A DNA stretch of 64,000 bases, taken from assembly GCA_051362555.1 (NCBI GenBank), contig CM120641.1:22754001-22818000 (forward strand), written 5' to 3'. The notes below the pieces were generated by a model that saw only the letters and a program-made list of their open reading frames with translations, was not told the DNA's origin and searched no databases. Numbering within the stretch: position 1 is the first letter of the stretch; each line of letters opens with the position of its first letter. A program made the translations under genes and the position numbers. Below, piece after piece: positions 1 to 9,793 of the stretch. Origin of the DNA: Lingula anatina. Its lineage: Eukaryota > Animalia > Brachiopoda.

Positions 1-451
1 GAAATTTTCAACTGCTCTTTGCTGCAGTCTTCCTCAGTGCTATTGTTTGACCACTAGGTGGAGTTGTGGTCAAAATGAATCTCTTAAGACTATATTATAC
101 ATAATACATCCAGATGAACTTATTTTCTAATTGTTTTTGTATACTTCAGGTGATAAATGTGGAGGGATTGACTGCAGATTTGAAGAAAAGACTGACAGTC
201 AAGTGGACATGATTACAAACTTGATTTTGGGAATATGAGTGGGGAGATAATTTTTGAAACATTTTAAGCCATAAGTTATTTTATTATGAACAGATTAATC
301 ATGCTATCATTTTAACAATTACTTGTTGATAAAAACAAACCAGGGACACAGACAGTGGGAATAGGAGAGAAATATCAGGAAATGCATTTGAATACAGCTT
401 TTTGAATAAATAAACAAAGTGAATCTGCCAATGGCCATTCAGGGAGAAATA

Positions 452-514
452 TCATCTGTCACTCGAAGCGGGCACTAGGGCTTTTACTTCATTTAGAATG
501 CTTTGTATATTTAC
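452..514 (-). pseudogene. Probable terminal exon
   Basis: cctacag|GTA...; VNIQSILNEVKALVPASSDR*. AATAAA on the minus strand near 279-284. Confidence 0.45.
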
Positions 515-1159
515 CTGTAGGTAAATCCACAGTCCTGACTAAACCTTGGGTTTGTTATTTTACAAAATATTTGTTTTAATAAGATATATTTTCAAGGTAT
601 TTTTATGTACAGACACAGATGTGTCTGCACATATAGCTGTCACTTGCATCTGTTTCAAAACATGAAACATTTGTTTTGTATTGCTACCTTTCATATATAT
701 TTCAACTTAAAAATTCATCTAGTTTCAATAGTTTTGGGGATAAGGTTAAAGGGTCTCATAAGTGATAGAAAACAACCCATTTTCTACCAATGTCTAATTT
801 ATATTGCCTGTTGTAGCCTAAACCAGCAGGATTTATGGTACATTGGATGTGAATTTAAATGAGTGTGTGCAAAAATCATCATTCATTTTTAATAATAACT
901 TTTATTGAACCAGATCCTGTTAAACACCATATTACAACATGATTTTAAACACTTTTTTCATAACTAAAACATAAAGTTAACTGGCTTTGTTAAACAATTA
1001 GAGAACTAACAAAACTGCATGTTTATGTTTGAAAAACCAGCCTGTTTCAACAATCCTGGGAAACACTACAATAACCATGGTCTAACAAGTTATTTTGCCA
1101 ATTTTCCTTTAAATTTCTGTTTTTCGTTGAATATTTTTTTTCAAAGTCAGCCACTTTAC

Positions 1160-1191
1160 CTGTTGCCAAGAAATTCTGTTGTTTTTCTTTT
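1160..1191 (-). pseudogene. Myb/SANT-like exon 2 (short)
   Basis: (E)KKNNRISWQQ|gtaaag. Phase 1-0 fits its neighbours and RxSW fits Myb helix 3; the acceptor (aag) is weak. Confidence 0.45.
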
Positions 1192-1361
1192 CTTGAATAA
1201 TAAAATAATAAATAAAAATAAATACAATTTTAATTCATGTGATAAGTAAATAGGATATTTAGTGTAAAAGTTATTGTATGATATCAAACTATAATGTGTA
1301 AGTGGATCTTGACACTATAGCTGCTCATCCCCAGGCCATATGAAAGTGGTTTAAGAATTAC

Positions 1362-1457
1362 CTGGATATTTGTTACCCATGGAATGACCTATGTATTTCC
1401 TGAAATGCGTAACACTTCATCTGTTTCCTCCTTACTCCATCTCTTATATGCTCGGGG
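1362..1457 (-). pseudogene. Myb/SANT-like exon 1
   Basis: cattttag|CCC...CCAG|gtaatt; PRAYKRWSKEETDEVL/(frameshift)/HFRKYIGHSMGNKYP, fitting the Myb-like start KRxWSxEE. Confidence 0.75.
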
Positions 1458-1635
1458 CTAAAATGTACAATGAGATATACATAAAAATAAACATGCTGCA
1501 TATTGTTTAGGGAAATTTTGTTTAAAAATGTAACAGATGATGTCTTATTTTTGTTAATTAAATTAATTATTTATCAATAATTGAATTATCTATCTTGAAT
1601 TGTTCACTTAAAGGATAGCTTTATATGGTACTTGC

Positions 1636-1696
1636 CTTTTTTTTTTTTTTTTGAGATCAAGTCGGCATGAACCAAGTCAGAGTCTGATTCTCTTTC
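1636..1696 (-). pseudogene. Short linker exon
   Basis: ctcactctag|GAA...AG|gcaagt; ERESDSDLVHADLISKKKKK. At 61 bp it is one base off phase, plausibly by slippage of the 16-nt A run. Confidence 0.6.
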
Positions 1697-1948
1697 CTAG
1701 AGTGAGAAAAATGTACAAATGTATACACCATTATTCAATATGATGGAAATTTTTGTTTTTCAACACTTTACAGAGCACGTGGGTGGTACTTGACCTAAAA
1801 AGTCAGTGAAAATAGCACTGGGCACCAGTGTTGACCACCATTTGCTTAACAGCTAGACAGGTACATACAAACCCTTCTTCCAACAAATATTCACATTTTG
1901 ACAAAACCAACAAATTACTTTTTTTTTTTTGAAAACATCTTTATCAAA

Positions 1949-2029
1949 ATTTAACTCTTTAAAGTTGATAATTTGTTGCCAGTTCAATGATACTTGCTTT
2001 ACACTTGTCACTCCATTCCTCATCACTTG
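1949..2029. repeat. Direct repeat copy 1 (exon 3' end + intron start)
   Basis: About 81 bp closely matching 2807-2887 (shared ctctttaaagttgataatttgttgcc ... ttgtcactccatt). Confidence 0.85.
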
Positions 2030-2072
2030 ACTCATACCAGTCACTTGTGTCATCTTCCATATCTCCCTGTAC
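1998..2072 (-). pseudogene. Acidic linker exon (75 bp, phase 0-0)
   Basis: ctctatag|GTA...AAA|gcaagt; VQGDMEDDTSDWYESSDEEWSDKCK. Confidence 0.7.
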
Positions 2073-2206
2073 CTATAGAGACAGTTTACAAATATACTTA
2101 ATACATGTTGTCCATGCAGTAATAAATTATTTCTATTCAAATTTATTTCTCATAGTTGGTAACATCTCTGTTGAAAATATTTTATTGGTAGGACTTCAAG
2201 ACTTAC

Positions 2207-2320
2207 TTTTCCCTTCCTTTTTTTGTCGCTCTGCATGTTTTTTTCCCTACGTTTCCTGTTCTGTCGCTCTGCACATTGTTTTTTACACAACTTGTAAAAG
2301 TTTCCTGTGCAACCACCCAC
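2207..2320 (-). pseudogene. Basic linker exon (114 bp, phase 0-0)
   Basis: ttatgtcag|GTG...AAA|gtaagt; VGGCTGNFYKLCKKQCAERQNRKRREKNMQSDKKRKGK (NLS-like basic runs). Confidence 0.65.
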
Positions 2321-2806
2321 CTGACATAAATAGAACCATATTTCATCGGTGTTTTACATGTTATCAGGTAGTGCAACCATTCACAAAATCAGCAGTGTTA
2401 AAACTGGTGCATGTTGATTGCTGGTGACTTGAGGGGTTTATCATCAGACCCAAACAAAACAACACGAGTAATATTTCTGACCTAACCTGTCACTCTAAGC
2501 CAAATTCAAGAGCAAAATTTTAAAGAGTGCATTAGGTTCCTATTCATGTTCAAAGCAAGTATATCTAAATACTACACTTTTCAACCCCACAAATTTCAAG
2601 TTAACTTTCAAAGTTGGCCTAGAGCAGCAAAAGCAGCACTGCTGGCAACATCATAATATAGGTAAAATCTACTATACATGTACAAATCGGCCTTTTCACA
2701 CCCTAATATACAGACTGCCATATCTTTACAGGCAGGTACATATGTATTGATTTTTTTTCCAACTACCAATTAAAAAAATATTTTTCTCATAATCATCTTA
2801 ATAAAT

Positions 2807-2887
2807 ATTTAGCTCTTTAAAGTTGATAATTTGTTGCCGGTTCAGTGATACTTACTTTACTGTTGTCACTCCATTTCTCACCACTTG
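2807..2887. repeat. Direct repeat copy 2
   Basis: Partner of 1949-2029, offset 858 bp. Confidence 0.85.
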
Positions 2888-2951
2888 TATTTTGCTGAGA
2901 ACAACCTTTGTGGAACTGACTTTCCAGGCATCTTTCTCTGCCAGAATTTTC
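2856..2951 (-). pseudogene. Linker exon (96 bp, phase 0-0)
   Basis: tttctatag|GAA...AAA|gtaagt; ENSGRERCLESQFHKGCSQQNTSGEKWSDNSK. Confidence 0.7.
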
Positions 2952-3575
2952 CTATAGAAAAAAAAGGTATGCAGGCTAAAGCATTTTGTTTTTTGAAAAA
3001 GTAAAAATAATTTTTTTTTCCAAGTTAATAAGGAGCAAGCTTTTGTTTCCAGTTATTGTGGGGCATATTCCAAGTGCCAATTATATGATAGTCACATTGT
3101 TGATTATAATTCATGCACAAAGTAGTACTATAATTTGCAGATGGAAAAGCCTTAGGTGATGTCATTTGGTGAACATGTGTATCAGTAGCACTCTACTGAA
3201 TCTTTCAGATATGCTTACTATAAAATGAATGGTTTCAAATAAAAAAATAGGACAAATAATTTCTGGGTACATGCAGTTGTTTTCTATGAAATAAATGGAC
3301 TGTATACTGACTGAAAAAAAAAATGCAACATTTCTTTTGTTAGGACCTCTTATTTGACCAATCCAACAATATAAATTTTCATTAAAAAAAAATACAGTAG
3401 TTTATGATTATGATATACTTGATAAAATAACTGACATACGTAATATCTTTAAAAATCCATACTGCAATTTAGGAGCTCCTATAGAATTTTCAAAGATAAA
3501 TAAAAAAAAAAATAAATAAATAAACATATTGTAATTATACTAGTCTAGTAGCCTATCAGCCTCATGTACTGTATA

Positions 3576-3747
3576 CTGGGGTAGCGCTAACACTCACCAG
3601 TTTAGCCATATGCTAAAACTGACTGAATTTGGCTAAACAAAATAGGGTTGATTTGACTGATTTTAGTCAAATTTAAACCGTTTGGACAAAAAAGCGATGA
3701 AAAGTAGTAATTTGGCTAAATGAATAAAATTGCTAGCGCCACCCCAG
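3576..3747. mobile_element. MITE (172 bp), possibly hAT-like
   Basis: TIRs CTGGGGTAGCGCTAAC and, reverse-complemented, CTGGGGTGGCGCTAGC; internal TTTAGCCA/TGGCTAAA-type subrepeats. No clean 8-bp TSD visible. Confidence 0.7.
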
Positions 3748-3812
3748 GTACATACATGTTTACATTAATATTGACAAAATTTACATTGGAAAAATTAATG
3801 CAGTTCCATTAC

Positions 3813-4040
3813 CTGATCCAGGTGGCTGATGACTGGAGCAATAGTCTGTCCCCTGCTTCCACCTCTGATTCCACTGACGGTCTGTCCCCTGCCTCCATGT
3901 CTGATTCCACTGCCAGTCTGTCCCCTGCCACCATCTCTGATTCCACTGATGGTCTGCCCCCGGCCTCCATGTCTGATTCTGTAAGTGTTGACAGTCTGTC
4001 CCCTGTCTCCATATCTGATTCCACTGGCAGTCTGTCCCCT
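3813..4040 (-). repeat. 36-bp coding minisatellite, 3' piece (about 5.5 units) and exon end
   Basis: ORF 3809-4024 reads ESDMETGDRLSTLTESDMEAGGRPSVESEMVAGDRLAV...; ends at donor ATCAG|gtaatg (3812). Confidence 0.9.
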
Positions 4041-4041
4041 T

Positions 4042-4921
4042 TTCCCCGAGTGTCAGAGTCACTTTGAATCGGGCTTCAACAGTGAACTCTGAAGAACAGC
4101 GACAGTGTACGACTTCCGTCAATCAAAAAGAACTGTTCCGCAGTGAATCGGCAGCTGAATGTCATTAAACCAAAATGAAAAGTAAAACAGATTTAATTCT
4201 GCTATATTTAATTTAATTTACTGTATTTAAGATGTAACGTGAATAAATAAATAATATTCTTCTAAAAGAAAAGATATATCCAATGTTTTTTGTATTTTTT
4301 GCTTATCAAAAAACATTTGCCCCTGGAGGCATGAACACACGTGATTGCCGTGTGCCAAGTTTGACGGCTACAGTGTATGCCCAATACCACTGTAATGGCT
4401 ACACCAAAATCAGTTTTTAAAGCAGAATGTTGCTTGTATTGTGGCACTGACCTTCGACTGCAAGATATTTTTAATACAAACTTCTAACTCAGCCACTTTG
4501 CTTCTTGTCTCGTCTGCACGAGATAACATCAGCGCAAGGCAGGAAAGGCAGCTCCAGGTGGGCAAAGCTGTGACGTACGAGACTTATGACCTCCAAATAT
4601 GGATCCAGGCGGACACAGCTGTGACGTGTTACTTCCAAATATGGAAGTGCCCCAGGCAAAATTTTGAAGAAGAACGACAACAGCTTGTCGGTGTTTGCTA
4701 GAGCCTGGTATTGCTGATATAGGTTATATATGAAATATTTTTTTAGTAAATAAGTAAATAATCTTACTCATTGTGATTGTTTAATTACATATTCACAAAA
4801 AATTGTATTCATATTGTCATTTTCATCCACACAAGTGGATGCATATGTTACAGTGAAATAAACTCTAAACTCTATGAAATCAAGATTGAGCTGGCAATAC
4901 CGGAATCTAGAACCTAGGGTA
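4042..4921. mobile_element. 880-bp non-autonomous insertion, unclassified, 7-8 bp TSD
   Basis: Interrupts one 36-bp unit, with GTCCCCT(T/G) on both sides (4034-4041 and 4922-4929). Weak terminal inverted similarity TTCCCCGAGTGTCAGA vs TACCCTAGGTTCTAGA (9/16). Removing it restores the reading frame. Confidence 0.7.
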
Positions 4922-5056
4922 GTCCCCTGCCACCATCTCTGATTCCACTGACAGTCTGTCCCCTGCCACCATCTCTGATTCCACTGACAGTCTGTCCCCT
5001 GTCTCCATGTCTGATTCCACTGACAGTCTGTCCCCTGCCTCCATCTCTGATTCCAC
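4922..5056 (-). repeat. 36-bp coding minisatellite (ESEMEAGDRLSV)n, middle piece, about 4 units
   Basis: Plus-strand unit tctgattccactgacagtctgtcccctgcctccat(c/g) repeated; bounded by two insertions. Confidence 0.9.
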
Positions 5057-5645
5057 CCCAGATAGCAAAGAGTGGTCGCGCCAACGTCGGCCCGACGACT
5101 TTGCCTCCGTCGGGCCAACGTTGGCAGACGACGTCGGTTCAAAGTCGGCGTGTCCGGCGGCCCGCCGTCGGCCCACCGGTGGTCTGCCACCCTTTTGCCA
5201 ACGTTGCACCGACGCTGGGCCGACGTCATTATGGATAAACGGCGGTCAGCCGCTGTCATGCCGACAATTTGCCAACTTCGCGCCAACGTCGGGCCAACGT
5301 CGTTATGAGCTATTACTATCGGCGGTTAGCCGCTGTTATGCCGACCTTTTGCCGACGTCGCACCAACGTCGGGCCAACGTTATTATCGATAACCGGCGGT
5401 CAGCCACTATAATGCCGACCTTTTGCCGACGTCGCGCCAACGTTGGGCCAATGTCGTTATGAGCTATTACTATCGGCGGTTAGCCGCTGTTATGCCAACG
5501 GTGCCACCTTCTTGCCAACTTTGCGCCAACGTCGTTAACCATCGTTTTACCACCGTTATGCAAATAATGCCGTTCTTTAATTAGCCAATGTTATTATGGA
5601 CTCTCCATGGTCAGCCAGCTATGACTCAATTGGCGAACGTTGGCA
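5057..5645. repeat. Left TIR and subterminal CCRACGTYGG repeat region
   Basis: Many ccaacgtcgg/ccgacgtc/ccaacgttgg motifs; an approximately 60-bp block at 5280-5342 recurs at 5434-5495. Confidence 0.85.
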
Positions 5646-5866
5646 ATAGGGTAGCAGCGGCGTTTCTTCGTAATAACCCTCTCACTGAAGTGAAAAAGTC
5701 CCGTTGGCCTAAAAGATAATAATAATAATAACAACGTGAATCATGTTTTGTGAAGAAACATCTTTTTAAATCTGAGTGAGTTAATAACGATAATTCAATT
5801 AGATACTGAAAATAAATATTATTACTGATGCATCTCTAAAGATCTACTTTACAGATGTCATATATA

Positions 5867-5903
5867 ATCCAAGCTTTCGGTCCCTAGGCCTTCTTCAGAG
5901 ACA
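5867..5903 (-). ncRNA. Minimal hammerhead ribozyme-like motif (Penelope type), probably degenerate
   Basis: Minus strand GTCT-CTGAAGA-A-GGCC-TAGG-GACC-GAAA-GC-TT-GGAT: CUGANGA and GAAA cores, stem II with one mismatch, AAGCTT palindrome at helix III, about 110 nt after the GIY-YIG stop. Confidence 0.7.
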
Positions 5904-6011
5904 TTAAAAAAATGGTGAAGAAAAACTCCTGGGGTATGTGGCGTCGATGATGTGTTAAAGGCACGCGATGCTGCAAAAGCGTCCTAAACGCTAAACGTAA
6001 CATATAAAAAA

Positions 6012-6310
6012 TCAATATTCATTTAAGAAACTATTGTCCCTACTGAGTCCATTATTCAAGGTGTCTAGTGTTCTAATACATTTCTGTACGACGATCCGTC
6101 TTTGCCTAGTGTCGTTTCCTTTTAAGACGGTGACGGTGATGCCTTTAGCTGAGTGTTGTGTTGTCCCACAGGCACGAAGAGGTTTTTGTTGTTTATAGGG
6201 CAGCGGTGGTGTCTAATTCTGTCTTTTAATTTCTGCCTCGTTTCCCCGACGTACATTTGATGGCATTGTTAACATCATATCAAATAGATGACGCTCTGTG
6301 AGTCGCAAGA
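6012..6310 (-). pseudogene. Penelope-type GIY-YIG endonuclease fragment
   Basis: SCDSQSVIYLI*C*QCHQMYVGETRQKLKDRIRHHRCPINNKNLFVPVGQH/(frameshift)/HSAKGITVTVLKGNDTRQRRIVVQKCIRTLDTLNNGLSRDNSFLNEY*: VIY-CxxC-YVGET-R-H...H...GL pattern. Missed by the ORF track because of stops. Confidence 0.88.
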
Positions 6311-8077
6311 TTTGCAGCATATCTTTGACTACGACACTACGCTGGAAAGAAGTGACTGTGGCCTTAATTCCCACACGGGACGAAGAGGAATGATGATGAT
6401 GACTAAGATTCATCTGAGGAACTCTGCTGCGGCGCCTGGGCTGCTTCTCTCTCTGTGAAGAGAATATAAAAAATATAAAAACTCACACTTAATCTAATAA
6501 AACATACAAAATTCACCGTTAATATCATATGTTATTTCACTGATATGCAAAATAAAAAACGGCTAAGAAGACAACTGAAACCAAGCTTAAGGAATCTAGC
6601 ATGATACTGATCCACGTTTCTCTAACTATTATTTTTTCTATTTGCGATGTGAAATGTTCTAAACTTTATGAGGTCAGGGGCAGACAGGTTAGTTTTGTAC
6701 GCTCGATTTTGGCCGCAACGAATCAACAATCCATGTTTCTCTATCGTATTATTGAACCGTTGGTTTCAGTTGTCTTCTAATGACTTATTTCCTAGTTCGC
6801 ATCCAATCCACCCGCGCTTATTCGTAATGTTGCATATTGAAATGAAGTTGTTAATGTATACTTTGAAATGTAGATGAAATAATGTAATTATTTTCCAGGG
6901 AAGTGGTTATTCTGCTAAATAAATTACCCTTCTTCTTCTCCAGCCTCCTCCTCCTACCCCCATCCCTGTCACTTACATATATTTTAAGAAGAATAATGTA
7001 CTAAATTCCAGAAGAGAGTCGCAGGCAAAAAGTAGGCTAAATTAATTTCTTAGTTGTTTACTACTTAATCCATTGATAGGGATGATATAAGTTAAACTAC
7101 TGCATCTTACCATGGCAATGACACACTGAAGCACTTTAACTATATATACACACATACCTTTCAAGTGTATTTTCTTGTGAGGATTGACTGCTCAACACAG
7201 GCGACAAATAGGTAGTAATGCATGATGGAAGACTATAAGAGAAATATGAGATACATATTAAGTGTGGCTTTGTAATGTGCACAAAATGCCTTGTCTAATT
7301 ATGAGCCTAAACCAAAAAAAGAAACATTATTATATCATACCCTGTGGGTATTTGACTAAACATCTAGAAAAAAATTCAATTTAAACTTGCCCCCCCCCCT
7401 CCCTAAAAGAACCACCTCTGGATTTTAGGTTAGCCTACTGAGGTCCAATTTTGAACAGAAAACCTGTAAAAATCTGAGTGGACATTATACCCCTTAATGC
7501 TAAACTCAGTTTGGAATGTATGCCATGAAGGTTTATCCAGTGTTAAACCCATGCTGACATTATAAGTTTACATGTTAGTATCATGCAGCCTTGCTATATA
7601 CCCCTATTATATAAGCATTTCAAATTCAACTAGAGAAAATATAAACAATATATACTCCTAAGTACAAAAAAAGGACTAGAACGTTGCTCATTCACATTTA
7701 TAAATTGTCTATACATGAAATGTGGTAATTGAAATGTCTTTCAAAGCATAAAAGAATTTGAGCGGGAAAATCTTTTTGGCCGCCGGAAACCCAACGTCGC
7801 CCCGACGTTGGTTCAAAGGTGGCATGCAGCGCGCCAACTGCCTGCAGCTACGACTAACAAATTATTGACAGATTTGCTTGTTTTCGTTAATTCATCTACA
7901 ACAAATAAACCTCCACCTATAGTACGAAAAACATAAACACTTTAAAGTAAATACTTACCTAACAATTTGGTGCAAAATACGGAAAATATGAAATAACCGT
8001 CAAGTGCACTTGCAACGATCTATGGCCGCTTAGTGTGGGTGACCTCGATTTGAAATTGGCCGCTTAGTGCAAATCGA

Positions 8078-8337
8078 GCACAGCTGGTGAGCCACCGTTA
8101 TACCGACGTCGGGTCGACGGCGTGAAGCAGTCGTCGGCCCGACGTCGGGTCACCAGTAGTGGCCCGACGCACAGCTGATGAGCCACCGTTATACCGACGT
8201 CGGGCCGACGACTGCTTCACGCCGTCGGCCCGACGTCGGGTCACTAATAGTGGCCCGACGTCGGCCCGACAACGACTGCCGACCGCGACCGTGCCGACCA
8301 ATGCCGACGTCGGCCCGACCGCTCATTGCTATCTGGG
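8078..8337. repeat. Right subterminal repeats and TIR; two 91-bp tandem copies, each with a 17-bp-stem hairpin
   Basis: Copies start at 8078 and 8169; stems at 8103-8119/8132-8148 and 8194-8210/8223-8239. Confidence 0.9.
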
Positions 8338-8402
8338 ACTGGTGGTCTGTCCCCTGCCTCCTCCTCTGATTTCATGGATCTACCTTTTCTTATGAAGCTG
8401 AC
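8338..8402 (-). pseudogene. 5' piece of the repeat-coding exon
   Basis: attttcag|GTC AGC ... VSFIRKGRSMKSEEEAGDRPPV; ends exactly at the EnSpm-type insertion. Confidence 0.7.
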
Positions 8403-8761
8403 CTGAAAATTTCAGGAAGCTAAATTAAGGTACAAATGTATAAAGCTGAAAAAGAAATCCACTAAAAGCATATCATATTTACCAGTAACATTGCATTTTT
8501 TCTAAAAGTATCCATTATTCTGATTAAAAACATTTGCAATGTTAGTGTGACACATATTTTATTCATGCATTTACTCATTTTCACCCATTTTCTGGTCAGG
8601 TTTATTATCTGATCCTATAATCATTCGTTATGGACTAGTATATTAATATTATTATAAATATATTATTTCAAAGCAAAAAAAAACCCTCATCAATGTTATA
8701 GCGAGTATGATTACCGCACTGCTACCATACTGAAGATTTATTATGAGTTTAAAACACTTGC

Positions 8762-8937
8762 CTCCATGGAGCAGTTTTGTCATCATAGTTGTATCTCAGT
8801 TCTTCTCCTGGGTGTATTTCCCTCAAAGAACTCAAAAAGAGATGGGGGTTGCCATCAACAAAAGCATTTTGCAATTAGGTTTCAGCCACTCATCATTCGC
8901 AAACTTTCCTTATGCATTTGACAATAATACATCGTAA
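8762..8937 (-). pseudogene. SET domain C-terminal exon
   Basis: ttttcag|T TAC GAT. Translates (C)YDVLLSNA*GKFANDEWLKPNCKM/(frameshift)/FVDGNPHLFLSSLREIHPGEELRYNYDDKTAPW, matching the SET motifs GRxxNH/DxxxPNC and GEELxYDY. Phase joins correctly with the previous exon (TG|T = Cys). One stop, one frameshift; donor position uncertain. Confidence 0.88.
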
Positions 8938-9240
8938 CTGAAAAAAGAAAAATAATGTAAATCAGTTGATTTTGTTTCAGACAACAGGCCATTAGATTAC
9001 ACAAGCATGTAACTGGTTTACAGATGCTCTTTTTAAATATTTTACTTTGGTCAACCAAAATAAAAAGAAAAACATCAGCTGTTTTCTAAGGGATGGTATC
9101 TATATAGGGTAACAGAGTAGAAAATTAAACCCTACTCCTAAGTTGGCAATACAGGTCTGTTTCATGAAACTTGTGTTGACCAGTTATAACTAAACAATTC
9201 AGTCGTTTATGCCTTAAGGTGGTATTGAACATGCCTCTTA

Positions 9241-9455
9241 GGCTCTATTCCCATAGATTTTAGATCGATCTATCCCCGTGGGGAGTCTCACTAGATTACT
9301 TTCAGATAATCCGACTTAAATGTCCGTCCCGCCTACTACAAGCTGTAAGAGGGTAATTAACTTTTGTGTCTGCCCAGCTGACAGCTATTTAGCGTGAACC
9401 CCCAGGGAGTTAGGTCGATCTAAAGTAGGTCGATCTAATCTATGGAAATGGGGTG
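9241..9455. mobile_element. PIF/Harbinger (Tourist-like) MITE, 215 bp
   Basis: TTA on both sides (9238-9240, 9456-9458). Imperfect TIRs GGCTCTATTCCCATAGATT vs (rc) CACCCCATTTCCATAGATT; subterminal TAGRTCGATCTA palindromes. Confidence 0.7.
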
Positions 9456-9793
9456 TTACAGACACTCTTTCATTTTACTTTGGGCATTTATTGCTACTGA
9501 ATTCAATGTTTTTCATCTATTGCTGTTCTCAAATTTGCAACAGAGCAATACAATTTTTTTTGCGATTTGAGCTTTAAATGTCATCAATGGGGAAAATTAT
9601 CTGGAGGGGAAGAAAGATTTCACCATTAGAACCAGCCTAAAAAGCACTTAATTTAGCAATTGAACACAACTCATAATACAAAAGATGGGCGACTATAGAC
9701 CATGTTGCAAATAAAGCCACATTTATATATGTATATTATTAACATAAACACATTCAACATGGCAGTGTAAAAAGCACTTTAATATATGCTTAC

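Larger units (their letters stand above)
5717..6390 (-). mobile_element. 5'-truncated Penelope-like retroelement remnant nested in the DNA transposon
   Basis: GIY-YIG endonuclease remnant, then a 3' UTR with a hammerhead motif, then an AT-rich/(TTA)n end. Boundaries approximate. Confidence 0.8.
5057..8337. mobile_element. Non-autonomous EnSpm/CACTA (CMC)-type DNA transposon, 3281 bp
   Basis: TIRs CCCAGATAGCAAAGAGTGGTCGCGCCAACGTCGGC and (rc) CCCAGATAGCAATGAGCGGTCGGGCCGACGTCGGC; 2-bp TSD AC (5055-5056 and 8338-8339); dense subterminal CCRACGTYGG palindromes at both ends. No transposase recognised. Superfamily assigned from the termini and TSD pattern only. Confidence 0.85.

Noticed and set aside
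605-2427. Plus-strand ORFs 605-862, 1019-1249 and 1987-2427
   Set aside because: Low-complexity translations of AT-rich introns or antisense to the minus-strand exons; no motifs.
3813-5056. 36-bp repeats as CRISPR direct repeats
   Set aside because: Units are contiguous with no spacers, and they encode an in-frame peptide repeat inside a spliced exon.
4768-5462. Arg/Pro-rich ORFs of 78-172 aa
   Set aside because: They cross the TE junction and arise from GC-rich subterminal palindromes that lack stops.
6213-6413. 66-aa ORF MNLSHHHH... as a gene
   Set aside because: Mostly an off-frame reading of the Penelope GIY-YIG remnant.
8098-8395. Short ORFs or a CpG-island promoter, and CTGATGAG at 8175 as a second hammerhead
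   Set aside because: Explained by the transposon's subterminal repeats; no GAAA core follows the CTGATGA.
9214-9642. Possible Kolobok-like element (TTAAGGTGGTATT ... AACCAGCCTAA) hosting the Harbinger MITE
   Set aside because: Terminal match is too weak and there is no second clean TTAA; it cannot be supported without a repeat library search.
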